A stretch of 64,000 bases of DNA from a virus (taxonomy: Duplodnaviria; Caudoviricetes), in IMG/VR virus record IMGVR_UViG_3300049140_000186, positions 1 through 64,000 of that record. The stretch is one strand, 5' to 3'. The position numbers were made by a program, and so were the translations under genes. Below the pieces are notes generated by a model. It worked only from the letters and a program-made list of their open reading frames with translations. It had not been told where the DNA came from and made no database searches. This document shows positions 55,595-64,000 of this stretch, one piece after another (position 1 is the stretch's first letter; every line of letters starts with the position of its first letter).

Positions 55595-56001
55595 TGGCGG
55601 TCAAAGGCTCTCAGCGCCACGCCGCGCGGCTCAAGGCCATGCGTCAGGTCAGCCAGCAGGTAACGGCCGCGCTTTACAGTGCCGGTCAGGATATCGAGCT
55701 CGACGCCGAACAGTCGATCACCATGGGCTCAGTCAGCGGATCCGGTCACGTCCCGTCCGCTCCGGGCCAGCCGCCGAACGCCGATACGCGGTTTCTGGAC
55801 AGCAATATCGAGACCACGATCGAGGGGCAAAACCCGCCGACCGTGCACGTGACATCGAATGCGCCATACTCGGCAGCGCTCGAATACAGCACATCGAAAA
55901 TGGCCGAACGCCCGTTCATGCGGCCGGCAACCGAGAAAAACCGCGCCAAGGTAGGCCGCAAGGTCGCCAACGCCGTCCGCGTGACGATCAGGAGAGGATG
56001 A
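55594..56001 (+). CDS. HK97 gp10-like neck protein
   Basis: SAPGQPP..DT..L..I...APYSAALEY.TSKMAERPFMRPA. Confidence 0.75.
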   Translation: MAVKGSQRHAARLKAMRQVSQQVTAALYSAGQDIELDAEQSITMGSVSGSGHVPSAPGQPPNADTRFLDSNIETTIEGQNPPTVHVTSNAPYSAALEYSTSKMAERPFMRPATEKNRAKVGRKVANAVRVTIRRG

Positions 56002-56372
56002 TGGCAGACAGCTTTCTGGATACCGCTGGCGGCCTTCAGCAGGTCGCCGACGTCAATGTCGTGATCAAGGACCAGCAGCTCTATGTGGCTACCGATGGCT
56101 CGATGCAGTCTGCCTTGGCCATCACTGCCGGAGCAGGCGGGGCCGTGGTGACGGACGGCGAGAACACGCTCGTCAGCAACTCGGCCCTCACCGAATCCGC
56201 CAACGGCACGCTAGAAGTCGCGAATGGCATCTTGGTTGGCGTGACGCTCGACCCTTCGGTTTTCATCGTCGGGGATGCAATGGCGCTGCAGGTCCCGGTG
56301 AACGGCACCTATGTCGATACCGTGAATTTCGCCGTTTCCAATGGCGTGATCACGGCCATAACGCTCAGCTAG
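55998..56372 (+). CDS. Hypothetical structural protein
   Basis: beta-rich 124 aa, SD GGAGAGG. Confidence 0.6.
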   Translation: MMADSFLDTAGGLQQVADVNVVIKDQQLYVATDGSMQSALAITAGAGGAVVTDGENTLVSNSALTESANGTLEVANGILVGVTLDPSVFIVGDAMALQVPVNGTYVDTVNFAVSNGVITAITLS

Positions 56373-56380
56373 AGGCAGTC

Positions 56381-57502
56381 ATGAACTTCACCGACGCTGT
56401 ATCCGTCGCGGGAACGCGCCGGCTTGATGACGGCTATCTGGTCGCGACGGCGCGCTCTGTCCGCACAGGCATCCAGATATATTCCGGCTCAGAAGTCGGC
56501 AAGCCTGAACTGGCGACGGTCAGGGTCTATCGCGCGCCCGACCAGGTGTTCGCACAGGACAGCCTGCAGTCGTTCAGCCACGCACCGATCACGAACGACC
56601 ATCCCTCGGAAGGGGTGACGTCCGACAACTGGAAGGCTCTTGCCGTCGGCGAGGTCAGCACTGCCGCCAAGCGCGACGGAGAATGGGTCGTGCTGCCGCT
56701 GATCCTGAAGGACGCTGCGGCCATCCAGGCGGTTGTAGACGGCAAGAGGGAACTGTCGGCCGGCTATACCTGCGAACTCGACTTCACGCCCGGCGTCACC
56801 GCCGACGGCGAACCCTTCGACGCGCAACAGCGTAATATCAAGATCAACCATCTCGCGCTCGTCGATCGGGCTCGGGCCGGTTCACAGGCTCGCATCGGTG
56901 ATGCGAATTCGTGGGGCATCAGCCCCGTCCACATTCCCGAAAAGGAAAAACCCATGACGCTCAAGACGGTTACCGTCGATGGCATCCCTGTTGAAGTGAC
57001 CGATCAGGGTGCCACGGTCATCACCACGCTGCTGCAGCGCCTCGCTGACGCGGCAAAGAAGGTTTCGGATGCCGAGACCGCTCACAACACGGCCATCGCT
57101 GCCAAGGACGCGGAGCTCGCCAAGAAGGATGCCGAGATCGACGACCTGAAGGGCAAGGTTCTCGATGCCAAGGCAATCGATGCGAAGGTCACCGCCCGCG
57201 CCGACCTGATCACCAAGGCCAAAGCCGTCGCTCCCGATATCCAGACGGACGGCAAGTCCGATGACGATATCCGCAAGGCTGCCGTCGTCGCCAAGCTCGG
57301 CGATGCCGCGATCAAGGACAAGCCGCAGGCCTATATCGACGCCCGCTTCGATATCCTCGCCGAGGATGCCGGTAGCGCCGACACGGTCCGCGATGCCATA
57401 ACGCATCTGCGGCCGGGCACGAACCTCTCTGACGCGGCCAAGCTCGAGAAGGACGCTCACGCGGCCTATCTGGCCCGCTTCGATCGCAAGAAGTCGGCGT
57501 AA
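56381..57502 (+). CDS. DUF2213 prohead protease/scaffold
   Basis: RTGIQIY.GSE, PITNDHP, ELSAGY, NHLALVDRARAG. Confidence 0.88.
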   Translation: MNFTDAVSVAGTRRLDDGYLVATARSVRTGIQIYSGSEVGKPELATVRVYRAPDQVFAQDSLQSFSHAPITNDHPSEGVTSDNWKALAVGEVSTAAKRDGEWVVLPLILKDAAAIQAVVDGKRELSAGYTCELDFTPGVTADGEPFDAQQRNIKINHLALVDRARAGSQARIGDANSWGISPVHIPEKEKPMTLKTVTVDGIPVEVTDQGATVITTLLQRLADAAKKVSDAETAHNTAIAAKDAELAKKDAEIDDLKGKVLDAKAIDAKVTARADLITKAKAVAPDIQTDGKSDDDIRKAAVVAKLGDAAIKDKPQAYIDARFDILAEDAGSADTVRDAITHLRPGTNLSDAAKLEKDAHAAYLARFDRKKSA

Positions 57503-57536
57503 GCGCCGGCTCCCTCACCATTCACCGCAACCTGAT

Positions 57537-57560
57537 GGCCGGCCACTGAGCCGGCCTTTT
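57537..57560 (+). terminator. Putative terminator
   Basis: GGCCGGC/GCCGGCC stem followed by TTTT. Confidence 0.55.
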
Positions 57561-57577
57561 CAATTGGAGAGAAGCGA

Positions 57578-58048
57578 ATGCCTCCCCTTCAGACGACTAT
57601 CCCGACTTCCATGGCTGCCGGGGCCGTTGGCCGCCGACAGAATATGGAGGAGTGGAACGGCCTCACCGGTCTGGCGGAAGATACCGTCGCCAACCCGATC
57701 GGCTTTGCCCAGCCCGTCATGCGCGGAACCGCAGGCGAGCAGGTCAAGAAGTACGCCGCTGCCGGAAACTTCCGCGGCATCACCGAAGCCGATGTCACCA
57801 TCGGCGCTGACACTTATCCCGAGGGCTACAACGTCCCCGTGATGGAAAGCGGCGTGATCTGGGCGCTCGCCGGCGGCGCGTGCACGGCCGGTGGCCTTGT
57901 TTACTGGATCGCTGCCTCTGGCAAATACACCAGCACGGTCGGCACAAACCTGCTGATCCCGAACGCCGAGTTCGACAGCGCTGCCGCTGCCGATGGCGAT
58001 CTCGTGCTGATCCGCCTGCGTCGCATCCCTGCGGCTCCGGCCCCGTAA
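57578..58048 (+). CDS. Head decoration/cement protein
   Basis: IGFAQPV, V.VMESGVIW; between protease and capsid genes. Confidence 0.7.
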   Translation: MPPLQTTIPTSMAAGAVGRRQNMEEWNGLTGLAEDTVANPIGFAQPVMRGTAGEQVKKYAAAGNFRGITEADVTIGADTYPEGYNVPVMESGVIWALAGGACTAGGLVYWIAASGKYTSTVGTNLLIPNAEFDSAAAADGDLVLIRLRRIPAAPAP

Positions 58049-58104
58049 CCCCTCAACGACCGAACGCCGCGAGGCAGTCCAGTCCCTTAGAAGGAACCTT
58101 TTCC

Positions 58105-59109
58105 ATGCACTTCAACATCCTCGACGCGGATCCGGCGCTGGTCTTCAGCTTCGCGCGTCAGCAGAGCCATGTGCTCAATGCCCGCATTTACGAGATCGAG
58201 TATCCCGAAATGGATTACGCCGCTCTCGTGCCGATCAACCGGGATTATCCCGAATGGGCGTCGGGCGTCGACACCTTGATCGGCGACATCGTCGGTAAGG
58301 CCGAGTGGCAGTCCGGCTATGCCAAGGACATCCCGCTCGCCGACACCACGCTCGCCATGGTGTCGACCAGCTTCGACATGTACGCGGTCGGCTATCAGTG
58401 GAATATCGAGGAGCTCGGCAAAGCCGCGTTCCAGGGTTTTCCGCTGACCAACCGACGCGCCGAGGCCGCGCGCCGTGCTTCCGAGGAGTTCCTCTGGAAT
58501 AACGTGCTCACCGGCTCGACCACGAAGAAGTGGACCGGGCTGATCAACAGCTCCTACATCACCCCTGTGTCGGCTCCGAACGACGGCACCGGTGCCACCA
58601 CGGCTTGGGTGAACAACTTGGGCGTCGGTCAGAAGACGCCGGAGCAGATCGTCCGCGACATCAACATCATGATCATGGGGCCGATTGCGAACCCTGATCA
58701 GGTGATCACGAGCTCGCTTGCGGATACCCTTCTGCTGCCGTCGCTGGCCTACCGGTACATCGCCGGAACCCCCTACGGCGTCACCAGCCCCGGCATGTCG
58801 ATCCTGCAGTACGTCATGTCCAACAACGTCTACCGGCTGCGCACCGGCCGCGATCTCATGATCCGCGACCTGGCTGAACTGTCGCGTGCAACAACTGTTG
58901 GCATTGCCGGCGGCGGCCGCGGCATCGGCTACCGCAACAGCGTGGACGTGCTCGAGCTTCCGCTGCCGATGGCGTTCCGCTTCCTGCCTGTCTACCAGGA
59001 CGGTCCGCTCAACTTCGTCGTGCCGGGCATCTCCCGTACCGGCCCGATCGACGTCAAGCGTCCGCTGTCGATGCGCTACCTCGACGGCATCACGCCTGTC
59101 CCGGCCTGA
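58105..59109 (+). CDS. Major capsid protein (DUF2184-like)
   Basis: GKAEW.SGYAKDIP, GYQWNIEEL, GLIN. Confidence 0.85.
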   Translation: MHFNILDADPALVFSFARQQSHVLNARIYEIEYPEMDYAALVPINRDYPEWASGVDTLIGDIVGKAEWQSGYAKDIPLADTTLAMVSTSFDMYAVGYQWNIEELGKAAFQGFPLTNRRAEAARRASEEFLWNNVLTGSTTKKWTGLINSSYITPVSAPNDGTGATTAWVNNLGVGQKTPEQIVRDINIMIMGPIANPDQVITSSLADTLLLPSLAYRYIAGTPYGVTSPGMSILQYVMSNNVYRLRTGRDLMIRDLAELSRATTVGIAGGGRGIGYRNSVDVLELPLPMAFRFLPVYQDGPLNFVVPGISRTGPIDVKRPLSMRYLDGITPVPA

Positions 59110-59172
59110 TCGGCAACATGATCGCGGCCTCGGCTCCGGCCGGGGCCGTTCTTTCCCACCGGAGAAACGGCA

Positions 59173-59490
59173 ATGCACACGATCAAAAATCTCGTCAACT
59201 CGCCGTATGACATTCGGCTGGTAGACGGGACAACTGCCCGCCTGCCGGCGCGCGGCGAGCTCACGGTCGACGTCGATCCGATGCATCTGCCGCTCTATCG
59301 GACGCTCGGCTATTTTCAGCTTACCGAAATTGAGGGCAATCCGAAGAAGGCTACTGTCCTTCCCGACGAGGAAAAGGCTCAACTTGCGAAGCTGCGCGCC
59401 GAATACGCCGAATTGACCGGCAAGAAGCCGTTCGGCGGCTGGAAGGCCGAAGAACTGCAGAAGCGCATCGACAAGGCGCTGGAGGGCTGA
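59173..59490 (+). CDS. Hypothetical head-associated protein
   Basis: C-terminal YAELTGKKPFGGWKAEELQKRI. Confidence 0.7.
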   Translation: MHTIKNLVNSPYDIRLVDGTTARLPARGELTVDVDPMHLPLYRTLGYFQLTEIEGNPKKATVLPDEEKAQLAKLRAEYAELTGKKPFGGWKAEELQKRIDKALEG

Positions 59491-59492
59491 CC

Positions 59493-59963
59493 GTGGCCGC
59501 CTACGATCCGGTCACGCCTGCCGAATTCAAGGCAGCGAAACCGCAATTTGCTGCGGTTGATGATGCCGTGGTTCAGAGCTATCTCGACATGGCCGCGCGC
59601 GTCGTCGACCAGTCGTGGACCGCTGGCGACTATAAGAACGCCATCATCGCTTTCGCCTGCCACCTGATGACGCTGGAAGGGCTCGGCACCGATGCCGCAA
59701 GCCAGTCGCATGCGTCCGGTGCAGCCGAATATGAGAGCATCAAGTCCGGCGTCCTGACGCTGACCCGGTTCCGTGCCGCTGCCGGCGCGACCACGCCCTA
59801 CATGGACTGGCTGAATTCAACGCCTTGCGGGAAGTATTTCGTGTTCCTGCTGAGGCTCAATCGGGGCGGTCCGCGTGTCGCGACCGTCTCCACTGCAATG
59901 CCGAGCGGCTACGCCAAGGATTGGTGCGGCCCGGCATATGGCTGGCCCGGGGTGTTTTACTGA
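59493..59963 (+). CDS. DUF4054-like head-tail adaptor
   Basis: FKAAKPQFAAV.D...ACHL...LNSTPCGKYF. Confidence 0.75.
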   Translation: MAAYDPVTPAEFKAAKPQFAAVDDAVVQSYLDMAARVVDQSWTAGDYKNAIIAFACHLMTLEGLGTDAASQSHASGAAEYESIKSGVLTLTRFRAAAGATTPYMDWLNSTPCGKYFVFLLRLNRGGPRVATVSTAMPSGYAKDWCGPAYGWPGVFY

Positions 59964-60337
59964 TGGCCGGCCTTCTCGACACGAATGCGCTGCAGGGCAT
60001 CTTCGGCTCTGTCCTGTCGTCGATCTATGGCGACGGGCAGTTGATCCGCGTGACGATGGTGCGCCAGCCGGGCGGAAGCAGCATCCCGGTCGAGCAGGCG
60101 CCCGTACCGATTAAAGTGCAGGTCGACGCCTGCACTGAAGCGATGCGCCAGCAGCCGGGCTACACCGATACCGATGTGCGCCTGCTGATCCTCCAGAGCG
60201 GCGTTGCGGGAGCGAAGCCGACAACCGACGACATCGTGATCGCGCAAGGCCAGCGCCGTAAGCTCTTCGGCATCACCGAAGATCCGGCGAGGGCTTATTG
60301 GGAAATGCGCGGAATAAGGGATGCGACCGATGGCTGA
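59963..60337 (+). CDS. Head-closure-like protein
   Basis: KPTTDDIV...EDPARAYWE. Confidence 0.65.
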   Translation: MAGLLDTNALQGIFGSVLSSIYGDGQLIRVTMVRQPGGSSIPVEQAPVPIKVQVDACTEAMRQQPGYTDTDVRLLILQSGVAGAKPTTDDIVIAQGQRRKLFGITEDPARAYWEMRGIRDATDG

Positions 60338-60587
60338 TCGCTGGTTCCGTGTCACCGCCGAGCGCTTCGACTGGATCATTCGTCCCGGCCTGATGAAGTC
60401 GTTTCGCAAGGGCCAGATCGCCTACGAGCCGACGGCCTGCGTCGAATATGGCCTGTCCATCGGTGCGATCGAGACCATCGCCAAGCCGAAGAACGCCAAG
60501 GAACGTGTTCAAGGTCCGAAAGACTGCGGGCGGCTACGAAAACAAAATCCAGTCAACGATTGTCGTCAGCGGGCAGGGGGGCAATGA
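60330..60587 (+). pseudogene. Neck-region small gene with a chimeric 3' end
   Basis: Phage-like through ..AKPKNAK (~60500), then out-of-frame read-through of the spike sequence. Confidence 0.55.
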
Positions 60588-61254
60588 CGGAACCTATGCG
60601 TTCTGGACTGCCGCGCCAATTTCGACGGGCGGGAAACTGTACTGCACCGGCTATCGGACTAGCGGTCCCTACACCGTCACCGCACTGTTTGAAAGCAGCA
60701 ACGGCGGATGGGATTGGACATTTACGGCCATCATTGCGTCGGACCCCACCAAAGCATTTTCGGAAGCCGCGATTGTCAAGTGTCTCAACGGCGATATGGT
60801 GGCAGTTATTCGAGAGGATAGCGGCGCTGGTCGCCCTCTCTACCTATCGCGGTCTGCCACTGGCGTTACATCGTGGACAACACCCGCCCTATTGTCGGGA
60901 ATCCAGGGAACGCAGCCGTGCCTTCTCCTCCTGCCGGACGGTGACATTCTCTTGCTGGTTGGACACAGGACGGGCGGCTCTGGACTGGATGTCTCAGGGG
61001 TGCTGAACGAGGCAGGGCTTGCCAACATAACTGGCATCGCATGCTGGCGTTCGACCAACAACGCGGCGTCGTGGACAAACCGGGTTATCCTCGCCCCCAT
61101 GTGGTCAACAGACGGTGGGCAACCGATGGCGGTTAGTCTCGACGTTGGGAGAGTTGGCATGCTCTGCTATCTAGCGCCCGGCGCAACCAACGCTGATTAT
61201 GGCGTGGAGCCAGGGATTTACTGGATCACGTTCAACGGCGACAACATCGTTTGA
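60500..61254 (+). pseudogene. 5'-truncated BNR/Asp-box (sialidase-like) tail spike
   Basis: Three Asp-box-like motifs (SSNGGWDW, SATGVTSW, STNNAASW); no credible start or SD. Confidence 0.65.
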
Positions 61255-61263
61255 TCTTCTAGT

Positions 61264-61467
61264 TTATCGCCTGCGCAAGAGGTTAGCGCGCGGGGCCGGT
61301 TGATAGTTGTAGACGCGAGGCGCGTCCTTTTCGCCTTCTTCTTCGAGCTCTTCGTTGTCTTCTTCCCAATCGGCAGCATCATCGAAAGTTCGCTGAGTGA
61401 GCAGGTAGCGCTCATACTCATCGTCGTTCATGTCGTTCAAAATGGCTGGGTCGATGGGTTTAGGCAC
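61264..61467 (-). CDS. Small acidic protein
   Basis: SD GGAGG, GTG start. Confidence 0.5.
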   Translation of the reverse strand: MPKPIDPAILNDMNDDEYERYLLTQRTFDDAADWEEDNEELEEEGEKDAPRVYNYQPAPRANLLRRR

Positions 61468-61502
61468 GGTGCTTCCTCCGTAGGGTTGGGCGGGTGCGTT
61501 CT

Positions 61503-64000
61503 TTATGCAATCTTCCTCTGCTGGTGGTCGTGCATCTCATTCGCACTCGCCAGCTGCCGTGTTGCAGGCATCGCGGGGATTCCTTCCAGAACTCTATCAA
61601 CGGCGATTGTGACGTAAGGATCTCCGTTGACGATGAGTTCGCTCAGTTTCGCTTCATCCCACTTTGGGATGCCGACATTGTCATTGGTGATTGGGCGCCG
61701 GCTATAGGTATTCGGGAGGGCCACATCCTCGGTTCCCATATAGTGCAGCAGCCCCATCGCCTTTCTCCTGAGCGCTTTTGACGGCGGTCTCATGTGCTCT
61801 TGCGTTAACATCCGGGAATAATGCTCCCTGTCAACGGGGTAGTGCAGGTCGACCGGATAATCATGCCGGCCAAAGTGTGAACACATCACCACTGGAATTC
61901 CCAGACCGGTCAGTTCCAGGCAGGATGTTCCATTCCAGAGAACAGCGAGATCAATCAACCCGGCGATCTCGTTGACGTTGTAATCCGTGTGTCCCAGCAC
62001 AATGACATTTTCAGGAAGGGACGATGAGATAAGGTCCTCAAGTCTTTCGGTGAGATCCAGTGCAATCTCTGGCCGGAGTTCATGAGGGTGAGGTTTGATC
62101 AGCAGCAGAGTGTCGGTACCTGCGACGGACTCGATCGAGTGGTTCAGCCAATCGGTCATATCGATATGAGCCGGGCCGCCGTCATAAGGTACGGCAAGAT
62201 CGCACGGAACTTTGCCCAAGCAGCAAACGACGCGACGGCCGACCTTGCGCGCCTCAAGAATTCTCTCGTGAGCAGGGGCCTGGATGTCGACGAGGCGGCG
62301 GTTGCGGTTTTCATTGATCATCAGATCGAACCGCCGATCGATCTCCTCCGATTTGCGATTGGCCCGATACCATTTCTCAAAGCGGGGACGGATAGCCAAA
62401 AATGGAGCGCGGCAAGTCTTGTGAAGGGTCATGTCGACCACGGCCATTGAGCCGGAATATTTGCTTCCAAGGTTCGAGTAATAGTTTTCATACGCTACAC
62501 TGGCCGAGACGTAGCGCAAATTCGGAAGGTCGCGGGACAGGGCGAAATCTCGGATTACCGAATAGGGACTGACGTGGCTGTTGCTGCCAATGAGGATAAT
62601 CGGCTGGCTCGTCGATTTTGCCACGGCTTCGACTTCAAGGCACTTTCGCAGCATGTAGTCAGATGACCTAAGGAGGTGGTCAAACTGCTCCTTTATGACC
62701 GCATCATCCAGTGTGATCGTCGCACGGCGGAACTTGGTGGAAAGCCGCTCATAGATCCCCTGGTAAAAGTTCACGCCGCAAGCCTCGACCAACCTCGCTG
62801 GCCAGTCGACATGCCAGTCGAGTTCCACGTTACCGTCTGTTCTGTCTTGGATTGCGCAATTGAAAAGGCTGCCAGCCGGGCCAGAAATCCCTGGACTGTC
62901 CAGCACACCTTCGAGAAGCGAGCCTACCGCATAACCCTGGCGCTTCAGTTCGACGAGGATAGGGCCAACCAGGGCGAGAGTATTGAAACAGTTGAGCGAG
63001 GCAAGAAGCGCGACCCCTGCGGGATCGCTCGGCTGGGGCATCGAATTGATGATCCGGCTGGTCTGGTCGAGAAACCTCAGGCGCTCCAGCTTGGTCTGCA
63101 CTGCAACGCGGTTCTCCAGTTTGTCGTCGGGCACGACCGTCGTGTTGATACGATGGTAGGCCTCCATGAAGCTTGAGCGTTTCCACGCCAGCGACCCGGC
63201 CAACTTGTGTTTCAGCTGCGTGAGAGCCGGCTGCTCATTGGGAGTTGGCTCGAGGTCCACGTCGTGCGGCGATTGAGATGTGCGCAGTCGGAACTCACAA
63301 ATTTCGACATCCGCCGGCGTCATAAGCGGCCACAGAACCCTAATTTCCTCCTCTTCCAAGATTCTGAGTCGGATGATCTGTGCAGCAATTATCGAGGTCA
63401 GGGAAGATTGTTTCAAGGCTTCTTTACGATAAGGCGCGTTGCCGGCGACAACGCTGATCGCTTCACGAATGCCCGATGCATCAGAGTTGACGACGTGGAA
63501 TGCAAGATCTGGCAAACCAGCAGGAAGCCCGGGGATCCCCGCAAGGGAAGACCTCAATTGCTCAGCAATTCGGCTTCTGATGTTCTTGCGGGCTTCGGCG
63601 TCCCGCTCGACTTTGAACGGATGTTGGTTTGTTAGAAGGCCGAGCCTAATCAGTGTAAGGGGGCTAATTCCCTCCATCCCATTCAGTATTTTGGCCGCCA
63701 CCTCATACTGGAGACTGCCGAGCGCCAAGCGGAAGTAAGATCTGGCAAGGTTATGGTCGAGGATTGTTTTCATCCTGGAAATTGGGACCTTCGGGAAGGA
63801 ACTGATGGACCGACCGTTCAGATTCTTCAGGCCGACAACAAGCGTTTCGATAAAAGCTTTGCAGTCGCGTTTGGCGATATGCCTGCCGCGCGGCCCGTTA
63901 AACCAGTCGATGTAGAACTCAATGACCTGTTTTAGATCGTCATATCTGACCATGTCGCGGAAAAAGATGATCAGAGACGGGAAAATGCCGATGAACGCTC
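61503..64000 (-). CDS. Capsule polysaccharide synthesis/modification protein (KpsC/KpsS-like GT-B C-terminus), 5' partial
   Basis: LLIKPHPHE, LWNGTSCLELTGLGIPV; frame stays open to the window edge. Confidence 0.6.
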   Translation of the reverse strand, partial: AFIGIFPSLIIFFRDMVRYDDLKQVIEFYIDWFNGPRGRHIAKRDCKAFIETLVVGLKNLNGRSISSFPKVPISRMKTILDHNLARSYFRLALGSLQYEVAAKILNGMEGISPLTLIRLGLLTNQHPFKVERDAEARKNIRSRIAEQLRSSLAGIPGLPAGLPDLAFHVVNSDASGIREAISVVAGNAPYRKEALKQSSLTSIIAAQIIRLRILEEEEIRVLWPLMTPADVEICEFRLRTSQSPHDVDLEPTPNEQPALTQLKHKLAGSLAWKRSSFMEAYHRINTTVVPDDKLENRVAVQTKLERLRFLDQTSRIINSMPQPSDPAGVALLASLNCFNTLALVGPILVELKRQGYAVGSLLEGVLDSPGISGPAGSLFNCAIQDRTDGNVELDWHVDWPARLVEACGVNFYQGIYERLSTKFRRATITLDDAVIKEQFDHLLRSSDYMLRKCLEVEAVAKSTSQPIILIGSNSHVSPYSVIRDFALSRDLPNLRYVSASVAYENYYSNLGSKYSGSMAVVDMTLHKTCRAPFLAIRPRFEKWYRANRKSEEIDRRFDLMINENRNRRLVDIQAPAHERILEARKVGRRVVCCLGKVPCDLAVPYDGGPAHIDMTDWLNHSIESVAGTDTLLLIKPHPHELRPEIALDLTERLEDLISSSLPENVIVLGHTDYNVNEIAGLIDLAVLWNGTSCLELTGLGIPVVMCSHFGRHDYPVDLHYPVDREHYSRMLTQEHMRPPSKALRRKAMGLLHYMGTEDVALPNTYSRRPITNDNVGIPKWDEAKLSELIVNGDPYVTIAVDRVLEGIPAMPATRQLASANEMHDHQQRKIA

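Larger units (their letters stand above)
32125..61254. mobile_element. Prophage B, lambdoid, apparently defective; right end not seen
   Basis: int-xis-recombination-cI/cro-replication-terminase-head gene order; no tail tube or tape measure gene. Confidence 0.88.

Noticed and set aside
60491-60504. GAAC-N-GAAC as an alphaproteobacterial LexA box
   Set aside because: Spacer is 6 nt, not 7, and it lies in coding sequence; no convincing GTTC-N7-GTTC box was noticed at either repressor by eye
1-64000. CRISPR array
   Set aside because: No regularly spaced 23-50-bp repeats with unique spacers; the repeats found are iterons, operators or coding

Overview
Two different alphaproteobacterial (Hyphomicrobiales/rhizobia-like) temperate phage elements lie on either side of a complete tRNA-Gln(CTG) at 32051-32124 (minus strand). 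Element A (<1-~32050) has a very small replication/early module (Xis-like HTH, PC4-like ssDNA binder, 158-aa HTH initiator with iterons, NusG paralog). This is followed by a complete podovirus-type virion module (TerS/TerL, head-tail connector, capsid, tail tubular A/B, ejection proteins, fibre), a lysis cassette and an XRE switch. Element B (~32125->61250) is lambdoid: integrase/Xis, ERF-YqaJ-NinB recombination genes, cI/cro with OL/OR operators, RuvC, DnaB, PBSX terminase and a DUF1073/DUF2213/DUF2184 head. It looks defective, because the tail genes are missing and a neck gene runs directly into the C-terminal part of a BNR/sialidase-like spike gene. The window ends inside a low-GC capsule-polysaccharide-type gene. 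The strongest new observations are four. (1) A tandem cassette of four divergent DUF982-like genes, three with an exact and one with a degenerate EcfG/RpoE2 general-stress promoter; the same promoter precedes a DUF768-like gene in the immunity region. (2) A perfect two-way CtrA box in front of the element A endolysin. (3) A capsid-gene leader that repeats one RNA internal-loop motif three times, once in permuted form. (4) A full tRNA copy at the junction of the two prophages. All family assignments come from motif recognition by eye; no database search was run.
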